DNA from: Escherichia phage FEC14
Sequence record: MG383452
Length of the DNA: 64,000 bases
Strand: one strand, 5' to 3'
Position numbers and translations under genes: made by a program. The notes under the pieces are model-generated. The model saw nothing but the letters and a program-made list of their open reading frames with translations. It ran no database searches and was not told where the DNA came from. Of this stretch, positions 9,503 through 19,338 are shown piece by piece; the first letter of the stretch is position 1, and every line of letters begins with the position of its first letter.

Positions 9503-9820
9503 TTACTTGTTCTTACTCAGTCCCATCATTTTGCGGAACTTCATAGCCTTTTTCTTGCGGCGCTCGATTTTACGTTGATAGCCCATTCCCATACGCTTTT
9601 TAGAGCGGAGAGCTTTGCGGTTGCCGATCTTGCGAACACGACGTTCGCTGGCGTCCATAACTTCACAACGTGAACCATCAGCCGACAATTTGAACCCAGG
9701 GGCACATTTCAAGCGGCGGCGGCGTTTACCACGAGCGTTCACTTTATCGATGACTCGCTGCTCGTCCATACGAGAGGCCAGGAAATCAGCGAACGTGGCG
9801 ATCTCTGTGATTTCCATCAT
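9503..9820 (-). CDS. small basic prohead core/internal protein (gp67/68-like position)
   Basis: 105 aa, Lys/Arg-rich, between portal and protease; AAGGAGA RBS. Confidence 0.4.
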   Translation of the reverse strand: MMEITEIATFADFLASRMDEQRVIDKVNARGKRRRRLKCAPGFKLSADGSRCEVMDASERRVRKIGNRKALRSKKRMGMGYQRKIERRKKKAMKFRKMMGLSKNK

Positions 9821-9828
9821 GCATCTCC

Positions 9829-9999
9829 TTACTGGCCGTTGTTGTTTGAATTCATATCAGCTGCGATAGAATCCAGAACATATGCTGTGCCTTGGTTTAA
9901 TAGTTCTTGACTACGTGCATCAAGTTCCATGTTGCATTCTGCAACAGCAGTTTCAGTGTCACCGTCAATTACTGCACGAACGATATCAATTGCGCTCAT
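9829..9999 (-). CDS. small hypothetical protein (about 56 aa, below ORF-track cutoff)
   Basis: My own translation of the minus strand gives an ATG ORF preceded by GGAGA; coordinates approximate. Confidence 0.3.
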   Translation of the reverse strand: MSAIDIVRAVIDGDTETAVAECNMELDARSQELLNQGTAYVLDSIAADMNSNNNGQ

Positions 10000-10040
10000 G
10001 ATTTTGATCTCCGAATTAATTTTCTATATTTAGTTGAACT

Positions 10041-11723
10041 TTAAATACTATCGTCTGTTGAACCGGAGAATGGGATAGTCTCAGGTTTAAACTTCAACGG
10101 ACTAACATCTGAACCGCTATAATTGCCAGTTTCATCTGCTTGAACCTTCGGATAGAGACCTTTCTTCTTCTCTTCCGCGATCTTCGTTTGTTGTTCTTTA
10201 ACTTCTTCATCAGACATACGCAATACATTTCTCATGACGTAGTCTATGGAGAAAATGGAACCAACAAATGGCTCAACAGTGTTCAATGAAGCCAGACGAT
10301 CATTCAAGATAGCGTTTTCTTGTTGTTCACGAATGTAACTATCGGATGTGAATTCAAACTTTATAAACGGTTTGATCTTCTCATTCCAATCCTTTTCATC
10401 CGTAACGCCTTTCAAAATTAACTGGCGGCGCAAGAATTCCATGAAGAAATGGGAGTAACGGCGTCGTAACCCAGCACAGAACTTGCTGAAGCGCAGCTCT
10501 TCCTGTGTAATCTCCGCAAGGTTAGAACCCCCAATGTTAATAGATCCTTCCTCTTGGAGGCGGCTCTTAGGGATCATTAGAGCATCATAGAGTTTTTCAC
10601 GGAAATAGTTCACGTGATCCATTTCGCCCAATTGATTCCCACCCCCAACAGTCGCAATCTCTGTAGCATTCTGACCTTCGCGGCGCGGCAACCAATAATC
10701 CTCTGCAATACCCATAAGATGGGCATTACCTGTTATCTTACCAGTGGTGCGGTCATATGCGTTGCGGTTTTTGAATTTACCCATCATCATGGTCATGTAT
10801 TCTTCAGCAGATTTCTTACCGAGAGTACCGACGTCAAGATAGAATGCGCGTTTCTCAGGGGCGCGAGTGATGGCATAAATTACAGTCGCATCTTCAGTCG
10901 TAACCAGGTTGTTCAACGGACGGATAGCAGGATTTAAAAGGCCTGGGACAATACCATTGGCCAATGGCTCTTCACCACTATCGATGTAAACAATGCTTTC
11001 GTCATCGAATACGAGTTCTTGCTGTGAAGGCTGGAAGTTCTGGGAAGTACCAGATTGGCCAGTGAATTGGTTTCGATTATAATTCGGGTTGTAATAATAC
11101 TTCAATGTTACAGATTCTATTGCTTCAATACCGCCTTCACGCATCGCCTTCTCAACGATATAGACAGGACGAATGCAACGAGAATCAAGCATAACCAATT
11201 TCTTGATCCCGCCTTTTTTATTCGTGGGATCAACGATGACATGATATGCTTGTCGACCGTCAACATACCATTTCCGGATCTTCTGATATGCTGTATTGTC
11301 AAAGTCCATCAAGTGCATAACTTCTTTGAAGCATTCGGTGATAGATTCTTTAACAGTATCAGATATCCCTTCAACTTTGTCAAGGTTTACTGTCACTGGA
11401 GTTTCATCTTCCTCACAGGTGACAACGTCATTAACAATGATGTCCACAGCTTTGCGGATTTCTGGCTGCTGGGCCATGGACTGATATTCTTCCACAACTG
11501 TTTTAACGCTGAGAAGTTCACTCTCAACGCCAACATAGTTGTAGGTGTTTGCACCGCCCTGAAGGATTATAGAACCGTCTTGAGCATCGTCCAGAGCAAC
11601 AACTGTCGCCTTGGTGAGCAACAATTCATCTTGTTTTTGGGCTAACTTATCGGTGTCGACTTTGGCATTGACTAAACCGCCGCCGCCAAACAAACCGAAG
11701 AACCCTGTGCCGTATCCAGCCAT
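10041..11723 (-). CDS. portal protein (T4 gp20-like)
   Basis: 560-aa ORF between tail tube and prohead genes in T4 order; GAGGA RBS. Confidence 0.7.
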   Translation of the reverse strand: MAGYGTGFFGLFGGGGLVNAKVDTDKLAQKQDELLLTKATVVALDDAQDGSIILQGGANTYNYVGVESELLSVKTVVEEYQSMAQQPEIRKAVDIIVNDVVTCEEDETPVTVNLDKVEGISDTVKESITECFKEVMHLMDFDNTAYQKIRKWYVDGRQAYHVIVDPTNKKGGIKKLVMLDSRCIRPVYIVEKAMREGGIEAIESVTLKYYYNPNYNRNQFTGQSGTSQNFQPSQQELVFDDESIVYIDSGEEPLANGIVPGLLNPAIRPLNNLVTTEDATVIYAITRAPEKRAFYLDVGTLGKKSAEEYMTMMMGKFKNRNAYDRTTGKITGNAHLMGIAEDYWLPRREGQNATEIATVGGGNQLGEMDHVNYFREKLYDALMIPKSRLQEEGSINIGGSNLAEITQEELRFSKFCAGLRRRYSHFFMEFLRRQLILKGVTDEKDWNEKIKPFIKFEFTSDSYIREQQENAILNDRLASLNTVEPFVGSIFSIDYVMRNVLRMSDEEVKEQQTKIAEEKKKGLYPKVQADETGNYSGSDVSPLKFKPETIPFSGSTDDSI

Positions 11724-11745
11724 GATCTAAGTCCTCAACATTTTC

Positions 11746-11770
11746 TTGTAATTAGTGAGGGGGAATAACA
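11746..11770 (-). other. intergenic GC hairpin between tail tube and portal genes
   Basis: Inverted repeat gggggaat-gtta-ttccccc; possible attenuator or RNA-stability element. Confidence 0.35.
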
Positions 11771-11790
11771 TTCCCCCAGCACCGAGGACA

Positions 11791-12324
11791 TTACAATGAC
11801 TTGTCAGAAACGGCTTGGAAATAACGCAAGTCGACAGTGAACTGTGTGTAAGAGTCCATTGCCGACATATCGAGTTCCAATTGGCCGAGGTTTTGAGGCC
11901 AGCCACCCTGCAAAGTCCATGTCTTAGTCACGTTGTCATTCGCGTCCAGAAGTTCCATGATGATATCACGGAAATAATCATCTGGATTCGCGCTGGCGCG
12001 GTTGTTTTCACTACCGTTGATGAATTGCTGCCACACTTCAAAAGCATTGTATGGAGCGTTGTTCACCACGTTAATGAACGTCACAGGAAGCGCTTCGAAA
12101 CGACGATCCCCTGGGAACGGAAGTTCACGACCACCCCAGGGCACCAGAATTTCGCCCAGCTGACCTGTTGGGGTGTTGGTGGTTACAGCCAGCAAGGACA
12201 CGTCACGAATTGTGTCGGAACCAGCAACAAAAGAAGGAAAGTTTACAGTCACACGCCAGCGGTGTTGGCGTTGTACGCCGCCCCCTCGTGACATGGCTGC
12301 GCGAAACTCATTGACTGTCGCCAT
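11791..12324 (-). CDS. tail tube protein (T4 gp19-like)
   Basis: 177 aa, adjacent to the sheath gene (separated only by the endonuclease insertion). Confidence 0.6.
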   Translation of the reverse strand: MATVNEFRAAMSRGGGVQRQHRWRVTVNFPSFVAGSDTIRDVSLLAVTTNTPTGQLGEILVPWGGRELPFPGDRRFEALPVTFINVVNNAPYNAFEVWQQFINGSENNRASANPDDYFRDIIMELLDANDNVTKTWTLQGGWPQNLGQLELDMSAMDSYTQFTVDLRYFQAVSDKSL

Positions 12325-12354
12325 TTTTATATCTCCAAATAAGAGTACACAATT

Positions 12355-12813
12355 CTAATTAGTCGTCAATCTTTTAATCTTCATGGAAGAAAGATCGAAA
12401 CCATGATGAACATTACTTGAAACAGGTTCGATTTCACACAATTCCCAACGGGGATCTATGAGAGAAACAAGACCAATGTGTTCACCTGTGGATGTCAATT
12501 TTGCTGCAGTTTTACCCAGCATATGACTTCCATCATTACCGCCTTTATTCATGTTGTAACCCATCTCATAAGAATTATATTGAGCGATGAGTTGCTTCTC
12601 TAATTCCCATTTATGGACTTCATCGGTCTGAGCAATTACAACGAAAGTAAATCCAGATGTTCCATACTTACGCATAGCATCATACAATTCACTTTGGACT
12701 CCATGATGAAAAGCATTCGCAAAATGCTGATCATATCTTCGTTGTGGGTCATTGGTCACACCGATGTAGACCTTTCCATTAGTTATCGTTTCAATTTTGT
12801 ATGCGTATATCAT
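12355..12813 (-). CDS. GIY-YIG homing endonuclease (free-standing)
   Basis: N-terminal YAYKIETITNGKVYIGVT...RRYDQH matches the GIY-YIG motif with conserved Arg and His; inserted between tail tube and sheath genes. Confidence 0.7.
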   Translation of the reverse strand: MIYAYKIETITNGKVYIGVTNDPQRRYDQHFANAFHHGVQSELYDAMRKYGTSGFTFVVIAQTDEVHKWELEKQLIAQYNSYEMGYNMNKGGNDGSHMLGKTAAKLTSTGEHIGLVSLIDPRWELCEIEPVSSNVHHGFDLSSMKIKRLTTN

Positions 12814-12837
12814 TCAATAACTCAAATCAATAAGACA

Positions 12838-12866
12838 AAGGAAAACCCCGCCGAAGCGGGGTTGGT
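12838..12866 (-). terminator. rho-independent terminator downstream of the sheath gene
   Basis: aaccccgccgaagcggggtt hairpin followed by a T-tract on the minus strand. Confidence 0.55.
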
Positions 12867-12871
12867 CATTT

Positions 12872-14767
12872 TTATGAAGCAGCAACGATGCCGCCACCGG
12901 ATTCGATTTCGCTGAACTCCATATCTGGTCGAACTGCAGCAAAATCCAAATAAATCCAGTTAATGCTGTACTCAGGCTTCAACCAAATACCAGCAACCAT
13001 TTGGTTTGCCGCAATGATATCAGCAGTGTTGTTGTCTTCATCACATTTGACTTTACCATCGTAAATCGCGCCCATATTTGCCAGCTGGCGAATATATGGA
13101 CGAACCGCATTGCTGAACAGACCACGTGTAAACGCGTCATTGTTCTCACCAAGATAGTATTTGGCGATTGCGGCGATGTTCTGCTCAGCCATGATGAACA
13201 GGCCACGAACGTTGATACGGTCAAACGCCGACGGGCGGGTCAGGCCAGTTTTGTCACCATACAGGACGATGCCTTCATTGGAGAAGGTTACGATGCTGTT
13301 GATCTGGTTGCGGTACAACACAGCACGTTCATCAGAAGATGCAGACCACGCCATTCGATTATAGTTGTTGTATTTACCACGGTTGTGGAACGCCGGAGAT
13401 TTGTAGATACCCGCGATTTCAATGCTTCGCGCCCAAACACCTGCGGTGCCACCACAAGCCGGAATCCAACGCATTTTGTCGTTGTACTTGTCGTACACAT
13501 ATGCCCAGTTATCATCCATGAAGAAATAAGAAGAGTCGCGAACAAGGCTTTCACGCCAAGCAACGACATCATCCATTTCACGACCACGGTTGCCAACAAC
13601 CGTATCACGGAGCGGGGATACGAAAGATACCGTATCTTTTCGCTCAGTAGATAAGTCGATCAATGCTTGTTGCTCAATCAGTTCTTCACAGTACGCAAAT
13701 ACTGGCTTCGCATCATATGCTTCAGCATTGTTCAAGACTTGGATAGCTGCCACGCGGTTGATGTTATAATCGTCTACGCCGCCTTCTAATTCAACAACAC
13801 CTGCGGCCAGAGCGGTAGCGAAGGTGTACACCCAATTTGATGTATCATTGATGACATCTTTGAAGTACGCATTCGCGCCATCGGACTTTTTGGAACCCTG
13901 TGTGTTCTGCATGAGTTCGTATTTTTCGATAATAGAACCAGATGCGCCAACAGTGGTAATCACGGCGGTTGCAGTCAGCCCCTTATCATCTGGAACAATA
14001 GCAGTAACTGTCTGGGGACCAATAGCTTTATGGGTCACGATGACAGTGTTGGACTTCACGACAACAGAAGAATAAACACTTGTCAGGGAAGTTAGTGCTG
14101 TACCGATTTTGGTTGCCAAATCGGCTGGAGTATCAGTATCCAGATATGCGATATCTTCACCTGCCACACTGATGGTGCCAGCAGCAGTAGCCGTACCAGA
14201 AACGGAGATACGGTCAACCTGACCGACCGCGCCAGCAGAGTCGGTAATGCGACCAACTTTGTCTACGACAACTACATGGAATTCACCAGACTGAGGTGCG
14301 TATGCAAAGTTATTACGGAATTCCCAAGTTGAGAATCCAGCAGCATCACAAACATTGATAGCAATATCATTACCCAGGGAACCTGGATAACGACCAGTCC
14401 AAGTGATGGACGCCGAAGGACTTGCTGTTTCAAAATCCAGTTTGTTTTTGATCGCAATCGCTGTCTGACCTTTGGTAACAGAGTTCTTGGCCAGAGGACC
14501 AACAACACGGGTCACCCATGCCATAGAGCTGTAAGACAAAAAGTCCGCGATTACGAGAAAATCGGTCGCAGTACTGTCGTTGGGTTTGAAGAATTTCTTC
14601 ACCAAACCTGTCTCACCACCAGTCACCAGCACTGGAAGTTCAACTTCACCCCATTGAAATTTTCCGACGGTCGCGCCCTGAACAACAACGGACGGGGACG
14701 TCTGAAGCGTGGCATCACGCTCAGTCCACTGAACGGACGGCGCAACGCTGAAGCTTTGAGTTGCCAT
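12872..14767 (-). CDS. tail sheath protein (T4 gp18-like)
   Basis: 631 aa from the ATG with GAAGGA RBS (track ORF starts at 14800); directly downstream of the terminase genes as in T4. Confidence 0.7.
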   Translation of the reverse strand: MATQSFSVAPSVQWTERDATLQTSPSVVVQGATVGKFQWGEVELPVLVTGGETGLVKKFFKPNDSTATDFLVIADFLSYSSMAWVTRVVGPLAKNSVTKGQTAIAIKNKLDFETASPSASITWTGRYPGSLGNDIAINVCDAAGFSTWEFRNNFAYAPQSGEFHVVVVDKVGRITDSAGAVGQVDRISVSGTATAAGTISVAGEDIAYLDTDTPADLATKIGTALTSLTSVYSSVVVKSNTVIVTHKAIGPQTVTAIVPDDKGLTATAVITTVGASGSIIEKYELMQNTQGSKKSDGANAYFKDVINDTSNWVYTFATALAAGVVELEGGVDDYNINRVAAIQVLNNAEAYDAKPVFAYCEELIEQQALIDLSTERKDTVSFVSPLRDTVVGNRGREMDDVVAWRESLVRDSSYFFMDDNWAYVYDKYNDKMRWIPACGGTAGVWARSIEIAGIYKSPAFHNRGKYNNYNRMAWSASSDERAVLYRNQINSIVTFSNEGIVLYGDKTGLTRPSAFDRINVRGLFIMAEQNIAAIAKYYLGENNDAFTRGLFSNAVRPYIRQLANMGAIYDGKVKCDEDNNTADIIAANQMVAGIWLKPEYSINWIYLDFAAVRPDMEFSEIESGGGIVAAS

Positions 14768-14810
14768 AATATCATTCCTTCTCGGTAGAGTTTCGCTCAA
14801 TTTGAAAGAT

Positions 14811-14817
14811 ATTTAGT
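14811..14817 (-). promoter_or_regulatory. late-promoter-like CTAAATA box
   Basis: Minus strand reads atcaCTAAATAtct about 45 nt upstream of the sheath ATG, between terminase stop and sheath start. Confidence 0.4.
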
Positions 14818-14819
14818 GA

Positions 14820-17030
14820 TCAATTCTTAAACCACTCATCCATGGTCATCCCTGACATTTCGTTGAAAACTTGAATACCCCCGAAACCAGGCAAATGCTC
14901 AGTTTCGGATGGGGTGTCTCCAACGACTAAACCACCAAATGGGAATACCTGCTGAGATTCAGTTGAAGACATTCGGTTTCTCATGTCCTGAGAAATACTT
15001 GTAGATGTCAAATCACTGAACCATTCTTGTTTAACTGCCCAAGAATATAAGACCAACGGCATGACACAGTCATCGTGACAACCGTCATCGGCTTCATACC
15101 GAGCGCCTTTGAACACAAATGTACTGAGTTCATCTATCGTGTCCTGGTCTTCTATCACCAACATTTCTTTCTCAATGAGCGCTTTCAGGTTAGCACAACC
15201 GATAGATCGGACTTTTCTGTTGGTATTGATACCAGGTTCCGGTTTACGTCCACCAATCCGTTTCCCCGTCCCTTTGTTATCTGTTGATGTGAATATGATT
15301 TCTGGATATTCTATCTCTTGATAAAGAATTGTAATAACCTGACCGCCGACGTCGTTGTTTGTTTCAACAAGGACAGGGCATTCCCCGTATTCGGTGCACA
15401 TATCAGCTATCGTGTATGCATACATCATAGGAGGTATCGTGTTATTCCTGTACTTGGCTGCTATAACATGCGGATATTCAGTTATATCCAGAATTGTTAA
15501 GACGGAATAATCTCCTTCCACCCCCTTCCCAGTGTCCGCAATCCCAAAGTAGAGACGTTGTGGGTCGTATTCCTTATAAATCTTGGTGAATTCATTAGGT
15601 TCCCGATACAACTTGGACGTCATTTTATCTAAGCATTTGGCCGGAATCAATGAACCCACGGAACCACGGAACTTAATGCCAAATTCTTGATCGAAACGAG
15701 CATCCCCCAGACGGGCACGTTGTTTGGTTTCCCAATCTGGATCTTTGGTATATGCCGGAACCTTATACCATGGGACTTCAGTTAGGTGGAAGTCGTTGTA
15801 TTGTGGATGGCGCGGATCTGCTTTGGTGACAATATCATAGAACAACCCTCGCTGGCCTTTCGGAGTACTTGTCAAAATACAGCGTGATGTATCGGCAGAT
15901 GCAATGGCTGGGAAAGTTGATTCCCAAAATTCAAAGTCGTTTTCGATAAACGCGACTTCGTCAACGTACAAGAGCGATACAGAACGACCACGGATGGAGT
16001 CCGAAGACGTGGCATAAGCGTATATCTTAGAACCATTCTCAAACTCTATCAGGGTAGAACCAAACTTCTCACAACCCTGCTGAAGGAAGAATGGGAGGTC
16101 CTGATACGCCTTCCTGATACGGTCAAGAATTTCAATCGCTTGTTTCTCTTTGTTTGCCAGTACCGCGATTTCTTTGTCTGAGTGGAACATCGCATACCAA
16201 AGAAGAAACGCAGCCACGACCGTGGTATTATGGCTGAGGAACCCATTCGTGTAATAACGTTGATCGCTGGACTTGACTTGCAAGTCATACATGTGGTGGT
16301 ACTCACCAGTCTCCCAGATCTCAGAGATGAATTCTATTCCCTCCTGGGTCATTATGGCATCTCCGGCCTCCATGTCTTTAGCAAATACTTCGCGCCCATA
16401 TTCATTGAAGAACATGTGCTCATCTGCGACATGAATTGTGCGTCCGGTTTCAGTCCTGACAACGTATTCAGCGTATTCTTTCGTTTTATGAGCGGCAATA
16501 ACCGGAACCCAGCCAGTGTCGGACTCAACAAAATATCGTTTCCCGAAACGGCTGTCTACAAACTTATTGTGGTTGCCAATGGTATTCAGTGGCACAGCAT
16601 GGTTCGGTCCTTCGAAGCGCTTGTGAAGCTCTTCTATGGTGAGATGCAACTCTTGTTGACTGATTGTATCATAGACATAAACAAGAGTATCACCACGGAC
16701 GCATTTACCGGACTGACGAGCCTGGACGACCGCATTGAATCGATAGTCCTGAAAGTCGTGGAACAACTGCTTCTGATAATCATGCATATCGAAAAGGATA
16801 AAGCCCTTATCGATCGTGGTTATCTTGTAATAGTTGGCGGCGAAGTAGTGTGCATCCATAGAACATTCAACGAATTCGTCTTCTTGTTCATCTGTCAGCA
16901 TTAACTCGACTCGAGGAGCACGCACAGAAGGTTTGCGCATGAACGTTTGGTCCATACGCAATTTCACATCGTCTATTTTGAACCCCGTTTTAATTGGGGC
17001 ATATTCTATATCACGCTTCTGATACGCCAT
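14820..17030 (-). CDS. terminase large subunit (T4 gp17-like) containing a mini-intein
   Basis: Walker A is split: ...VVQARQSGK | C...intein...HN | TTVVAAFLLW. After excision it reads QSGKTTVVA, which from memory matches T4 gp17. Walker B LLYVDE is present downstream. Confidence 0.85.
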   Translation of the reverse strand: MAYQKRDIEYAPIKTGFKIDDVKLRMDQTFMRKPSVRAPRVELMLTDEQEDEFVECSMDAHYFAANYYKITTIDKGFILFDMHDYQKQLFHDFQDYRFNAVVQARQSGKCVRGDTLVYVYDTISQQELHLTIEELHKRFEGPNHAVPLNTIGNHNKFVDSRFGKRYFVESDTGWVPVIAAHKTKEYAEYVVRTETGRTIHVADEHMFFNEYGREVFAKDMEAGDAIMTQEGIEFISEIWETGEYHHMYDLQVKSSDQRYYTNGFLSHNTTVVAAFLLWYAMFHSDKEIAVLANKEKQAIEILDRIRKAYQDLPFFLQQGCEKFGSTLIEFENGSKIYAYATSSDSIRGRSVSLLYVDEVAFIENDFEFWESTFPAIASADTSRCILTSTPKGQRGLFYDIVTKADPRHPQYNDFHLTEVPWYKVPAYTKDPDWETKQRARLGDARFDQEFGIKFRGSVGSLIPAKCLDKMTSKLYREPNEFTKIYKEYDPQRLYFGIADTGKGVEGDYSVLTILDITEYPHVIAAKYRNNTIPPMMYAYTIADMCTEYGECPVLVETNNDVGGQVITILYQEIEYPEIIFTSTDNKGTGKRIGGRKPEPGINTNRKVRSIGCANLKALIEKEMLVIEDQDTIDELSTFVFKGARYEADDGCHDDCVMPLVLYSWAVKQEWFSDLTSTSISQDMRNRMSSTESQQVFPFGGLVVGDTPSETEHLPGFGGIQVFNEMSGMTMDEWFKN
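16227..16703 (-). mobile_element. mini-intein (159 aa) inserted in the terminase P-loop
   Basis: Residues 110-268: starts with Cys (CVRGDTLV), has a T..H block (TGRTIHVADEH), ends in SHN followed by +1 Thr. Too short to carry a homing endonuclease domain. Confidence 0.8.
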
Positions 17031-17691
17031 CGTCTTCTTCCTTCACATCAACTGTTTCACCATCAATGATTTCATCTTCTGGTTGTTGTGCGGCCTTTGC
17101 TTGTGCTCTTTCTTCAGCGCGGCGGCGTGCATCTTCGATCGTCTTCAATAAATCGCGAGAAGATCGCGCCTTTTTCCCAACCGATACTGTTGTTGTTCCG
17201 TCTGGTGAAGTTGTAACATCCACTGTCGTGTCATCAACAGGTGGTTCTTTATCACCTGTTACTGCCTTGATGGTTTTCTGGTTTTCCATCAAGTCTTTAT
17301 TCAGACCTCGCATGAGTTCACCCAATTCACGGAAAACAGAAAATGCTCGCGGAGCTTCTGTGGATGCAGCCAATTTAGCGGCTTGTCCCATCATGAACAT
17401 TGTGGCTTCTTGCATGGCATATGTTGTGTCGCGTATCCGTTTGTAATCCGTTGTAGCATCAGTGTCCGCAAACTCAGGTACTTTGGATTCCTTGGAAGCA
17501 ATATCCTCCAATGAAGGCGGTTCAGGAATCGGCTGATACCCTTCCGGACGTTCACCAAACCATTCACCTGTATTTTCATCGAAGTCAATACCTGGACGAG
17601 GGGCGACAGCCTCCATTGCCTCCTTCCCAACTTCGTCTCGGGCAGTCACCGCATCAAGTGTGGCGAGTAACCTTTCTGACATATTGCTCAT
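17011..17691 (-). CDS. terminase small subunit (gp16 position)
   Basis: 226 aa from the ATG with GGAGGA RBS; overlaps the large terminase start; sits between gp15-like and gp17-like genes. Confidence 0.5.
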   Translation of the reverse strand: MSNMSERLLATLDAVTARDEVGKEAMEAVAPRPGIDFDENTGEWFGERPEGYQPIPEPPSLEDIASKESKVPEFADTDATTDYKRIRDTTYAMQEATMFMMGQAAKLAASTEAPRAFSVFRELGELMRGLNKDLMENQKTIKAVTGDKEPPVDDTTVDVTTSPDGTTTVSVGKKARSSRDLLKTIEDARRRAEERAQAKAAQQPEDEIIDGETVDVKEEDDGVSEA

Positions 17692-17693
17692 GA

Positions 17694-18392
17694 TCAATCC
17701 TCCGGATGATGTATGCCGTCTTTATCAACTCGGAACCATTCAGGAAGTTCCGACCATGGCATGTTCAAATCATTAGACATTTCAATAATTATCTCTTTGA
17801 TGACGTTTGGATCCCCACCGCCCGAACCATCATCAACCCAATAATCTTCTCCATAGATGTGACCATGTAATTGAAAATTGAATGAACAATCTATGTGTGG
17901 TGATTCTGTTGCGTCTCCTTCCCAGTTGTCAGAAATCGTGTGATTTACCAACATTATCTTCACGTTCTGATCTTGAGATAAAGTGTCGTTGTCCTTTATC
18001 TGACAGTCAACAGAAGGAGTGAACACAGAATAAATTTGTTCCAACACCTGTAGCATTTCGACCAGTTTCTTCGTTCTGATGTTATATTCAAAATCTATAA
18101 TGATCGGAATTCGTTGTTTGGACCGCGCAGTTGCAGTCGATATCTGATTATGATACGACTTGGTCACCTGTTTATTGATTTCGAACTGACCAAAGGACAT
18201 TGTTGCAAATGGCAGCATATTGGCTGGCACGTTCCTGTTGAGGTCATTACGGCGGCCAATGGCCATATGCAGCGGGATTTCCATCAAGCCACGTTCGGTT
18301 TTGACTTTTAAATCCGACATGATAGCGTTGAAAACATGGATATATTTCAACAACGATTCATGGTAGAAATATTTTTCAAATGGTCTGGCCAT
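17694..18392 (-). CDS. tail/neck completion protein (gp15 position)
   Basis: 232 aa; called from T4 synteny only. Confidence 0.45.
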   Translation of the reverse strand: MARPFEKYFYHESLLKYIHVFNAIMSDLKVKTERGLMEIPLHMAIGRRNDLNRNVPANMLPFATMSFGQFEINKQVTKSYHNQISTATARSKQRIPIIIDFEYNIRTKKLVEMLQVLEQIYSVFTPSVDCQIKDNDTLSQDQNVKIMLVNHTISDNWEGDATESPHIDCSFNFQLHGHIYGEDYWVDDGSGGGDPNVIKEIIIEMSNDLNMPWSELPEWFRVDKDGIHHPED

Positions 18393-18394
18393 GA

Positions 18395-19036
18395 TTATTC
18401 CCCGAAGTCTATCTTCATTTTATTGGGCGAAAGATCTTTCTCTATTTCGTCCGCAAATTGGTTATCCGTTTGCAGGCTGGCGTCTTTGTACACACCGTCT
18501 CCTTCCAGATCCTGCAATCGTTTATCGATATCGTCTATTTCAGATACACCTGTATCGAAATCTTCGTTACCGTATTGGAACAACGTACATGGTAGGGAAT
18601 ATGTGTACCATTTCCCAAATTGCATGAATTCTTCATCGTTGTTCGGGTTATTCACTTTAAATATTTTGTTAGCCATAGGCAGATATATCAAATCACCTTC
18701 TTGAGGCATTTGTTCAAGGCCTGGACCATTACCAATAACTTCTGAAAAACGACGACGAGCAATAGTGAAGGTCACTTCATCTTGTAATTGGATACCGCCG
18801 AACTTTTCCCACATCTGTGTGTTGAAGCCTTGATAATCCTGCATATACACTTCGATGTCAAACGCTTGGTCGAATTTGTGTTCGGCCTCGTTTAAAATTG
18901 GGTATTTTTCAACAATAGAACGTGGGATATACTTGACGTCAATCCCACGCAATTGTATCATCTCGACCACCAAGTCATCAATTAATTTTTGAGTACCTTG
19001 ATGTGCTGTATAGTTGAAATATTTTGAAGTAGCCAT
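18395..19036 (-). CDS. neck protein (gp14 position)
   Basis: 213 aa; called from T4 synteny only. Confidence 0.45.
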   Translation of the reverse strand: MATSKYFNYTAHQGTQKLIDDLVVEMIQLRGIDVKYIPRSIVEKYPILNEAEHKFDQAFDIEVYMQDYQGFNTQMWEKFGGIQLQDEVTFTIARRRFSEVIGNGPGLEQMPQEGDLIYLPMANKIFKVNNPNNDEEFMQFGKWYTYSLPCTLFQYGNEDFDTGVSEIDDIDKRLQDLEGDGVYKDASLQTDNQFADEIEKDLSPNKMKIDFGE

Positions 19037-19059
19037 GACTTTACCCTCAATTTTGAAGG

Positions 19060-19066
19060 TATTTAG
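19060..19066 (-). promoter_or_regulatory. late-promoter-like CTAAATA box
   Basis: Minus strand reads tgaCTAAATAcct about 25 nt upstream of the gp14-like ATG. Confidence 0.4.
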
Positions 19067-19097
19067 TCAATCATTAATTCTTTTGAGGAATTGATAA

Positions 19098-19310
19098 ATG
19101 AAGGTTGAAGATATTAAAGAAACTCGTGACGGAAGGCGTGTGAGAATTATCTGTGTAGATGCTAAAATCGCCGATGGTTCATATAACATTGTGGGTCTTA
19201 TCAAAGGCGAAAAGGATAATGATTTTATTGAATGGTGGGACGAAAAGAACGTGGTTGATGGTTATATTCTAGCAAATTCAGATCCTTCCGGACGCGACAT
19301 CAAGTTATAA
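19098..19310 (+). CDS. small hypothetical protein on the opposite strand
   Basis: 70-aa ORF with GAGGAA RBS and ATG, followed by a hairpin; embedded between minus-strand neck genes. Confidence 0.45.
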   Translation: MKVEDIKETRDGRRVRIICVDAKIADGSYNIVGLIKGEKDNDFIEWWDEKNVVDGYILANSDPSGRDIKL

Positions 19311-19314
19311 AAAG

Positions 19315-19336
19315 AAAGGCGGGATAACCCGCCTTC
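19315..19336. terminator. bidirectional terminator hairpin
   Basis: aaggcggg-ataa-cccgcctt between convergent gene ends. Confidence 0.5.
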
Positions 19337-19338
19337 TC

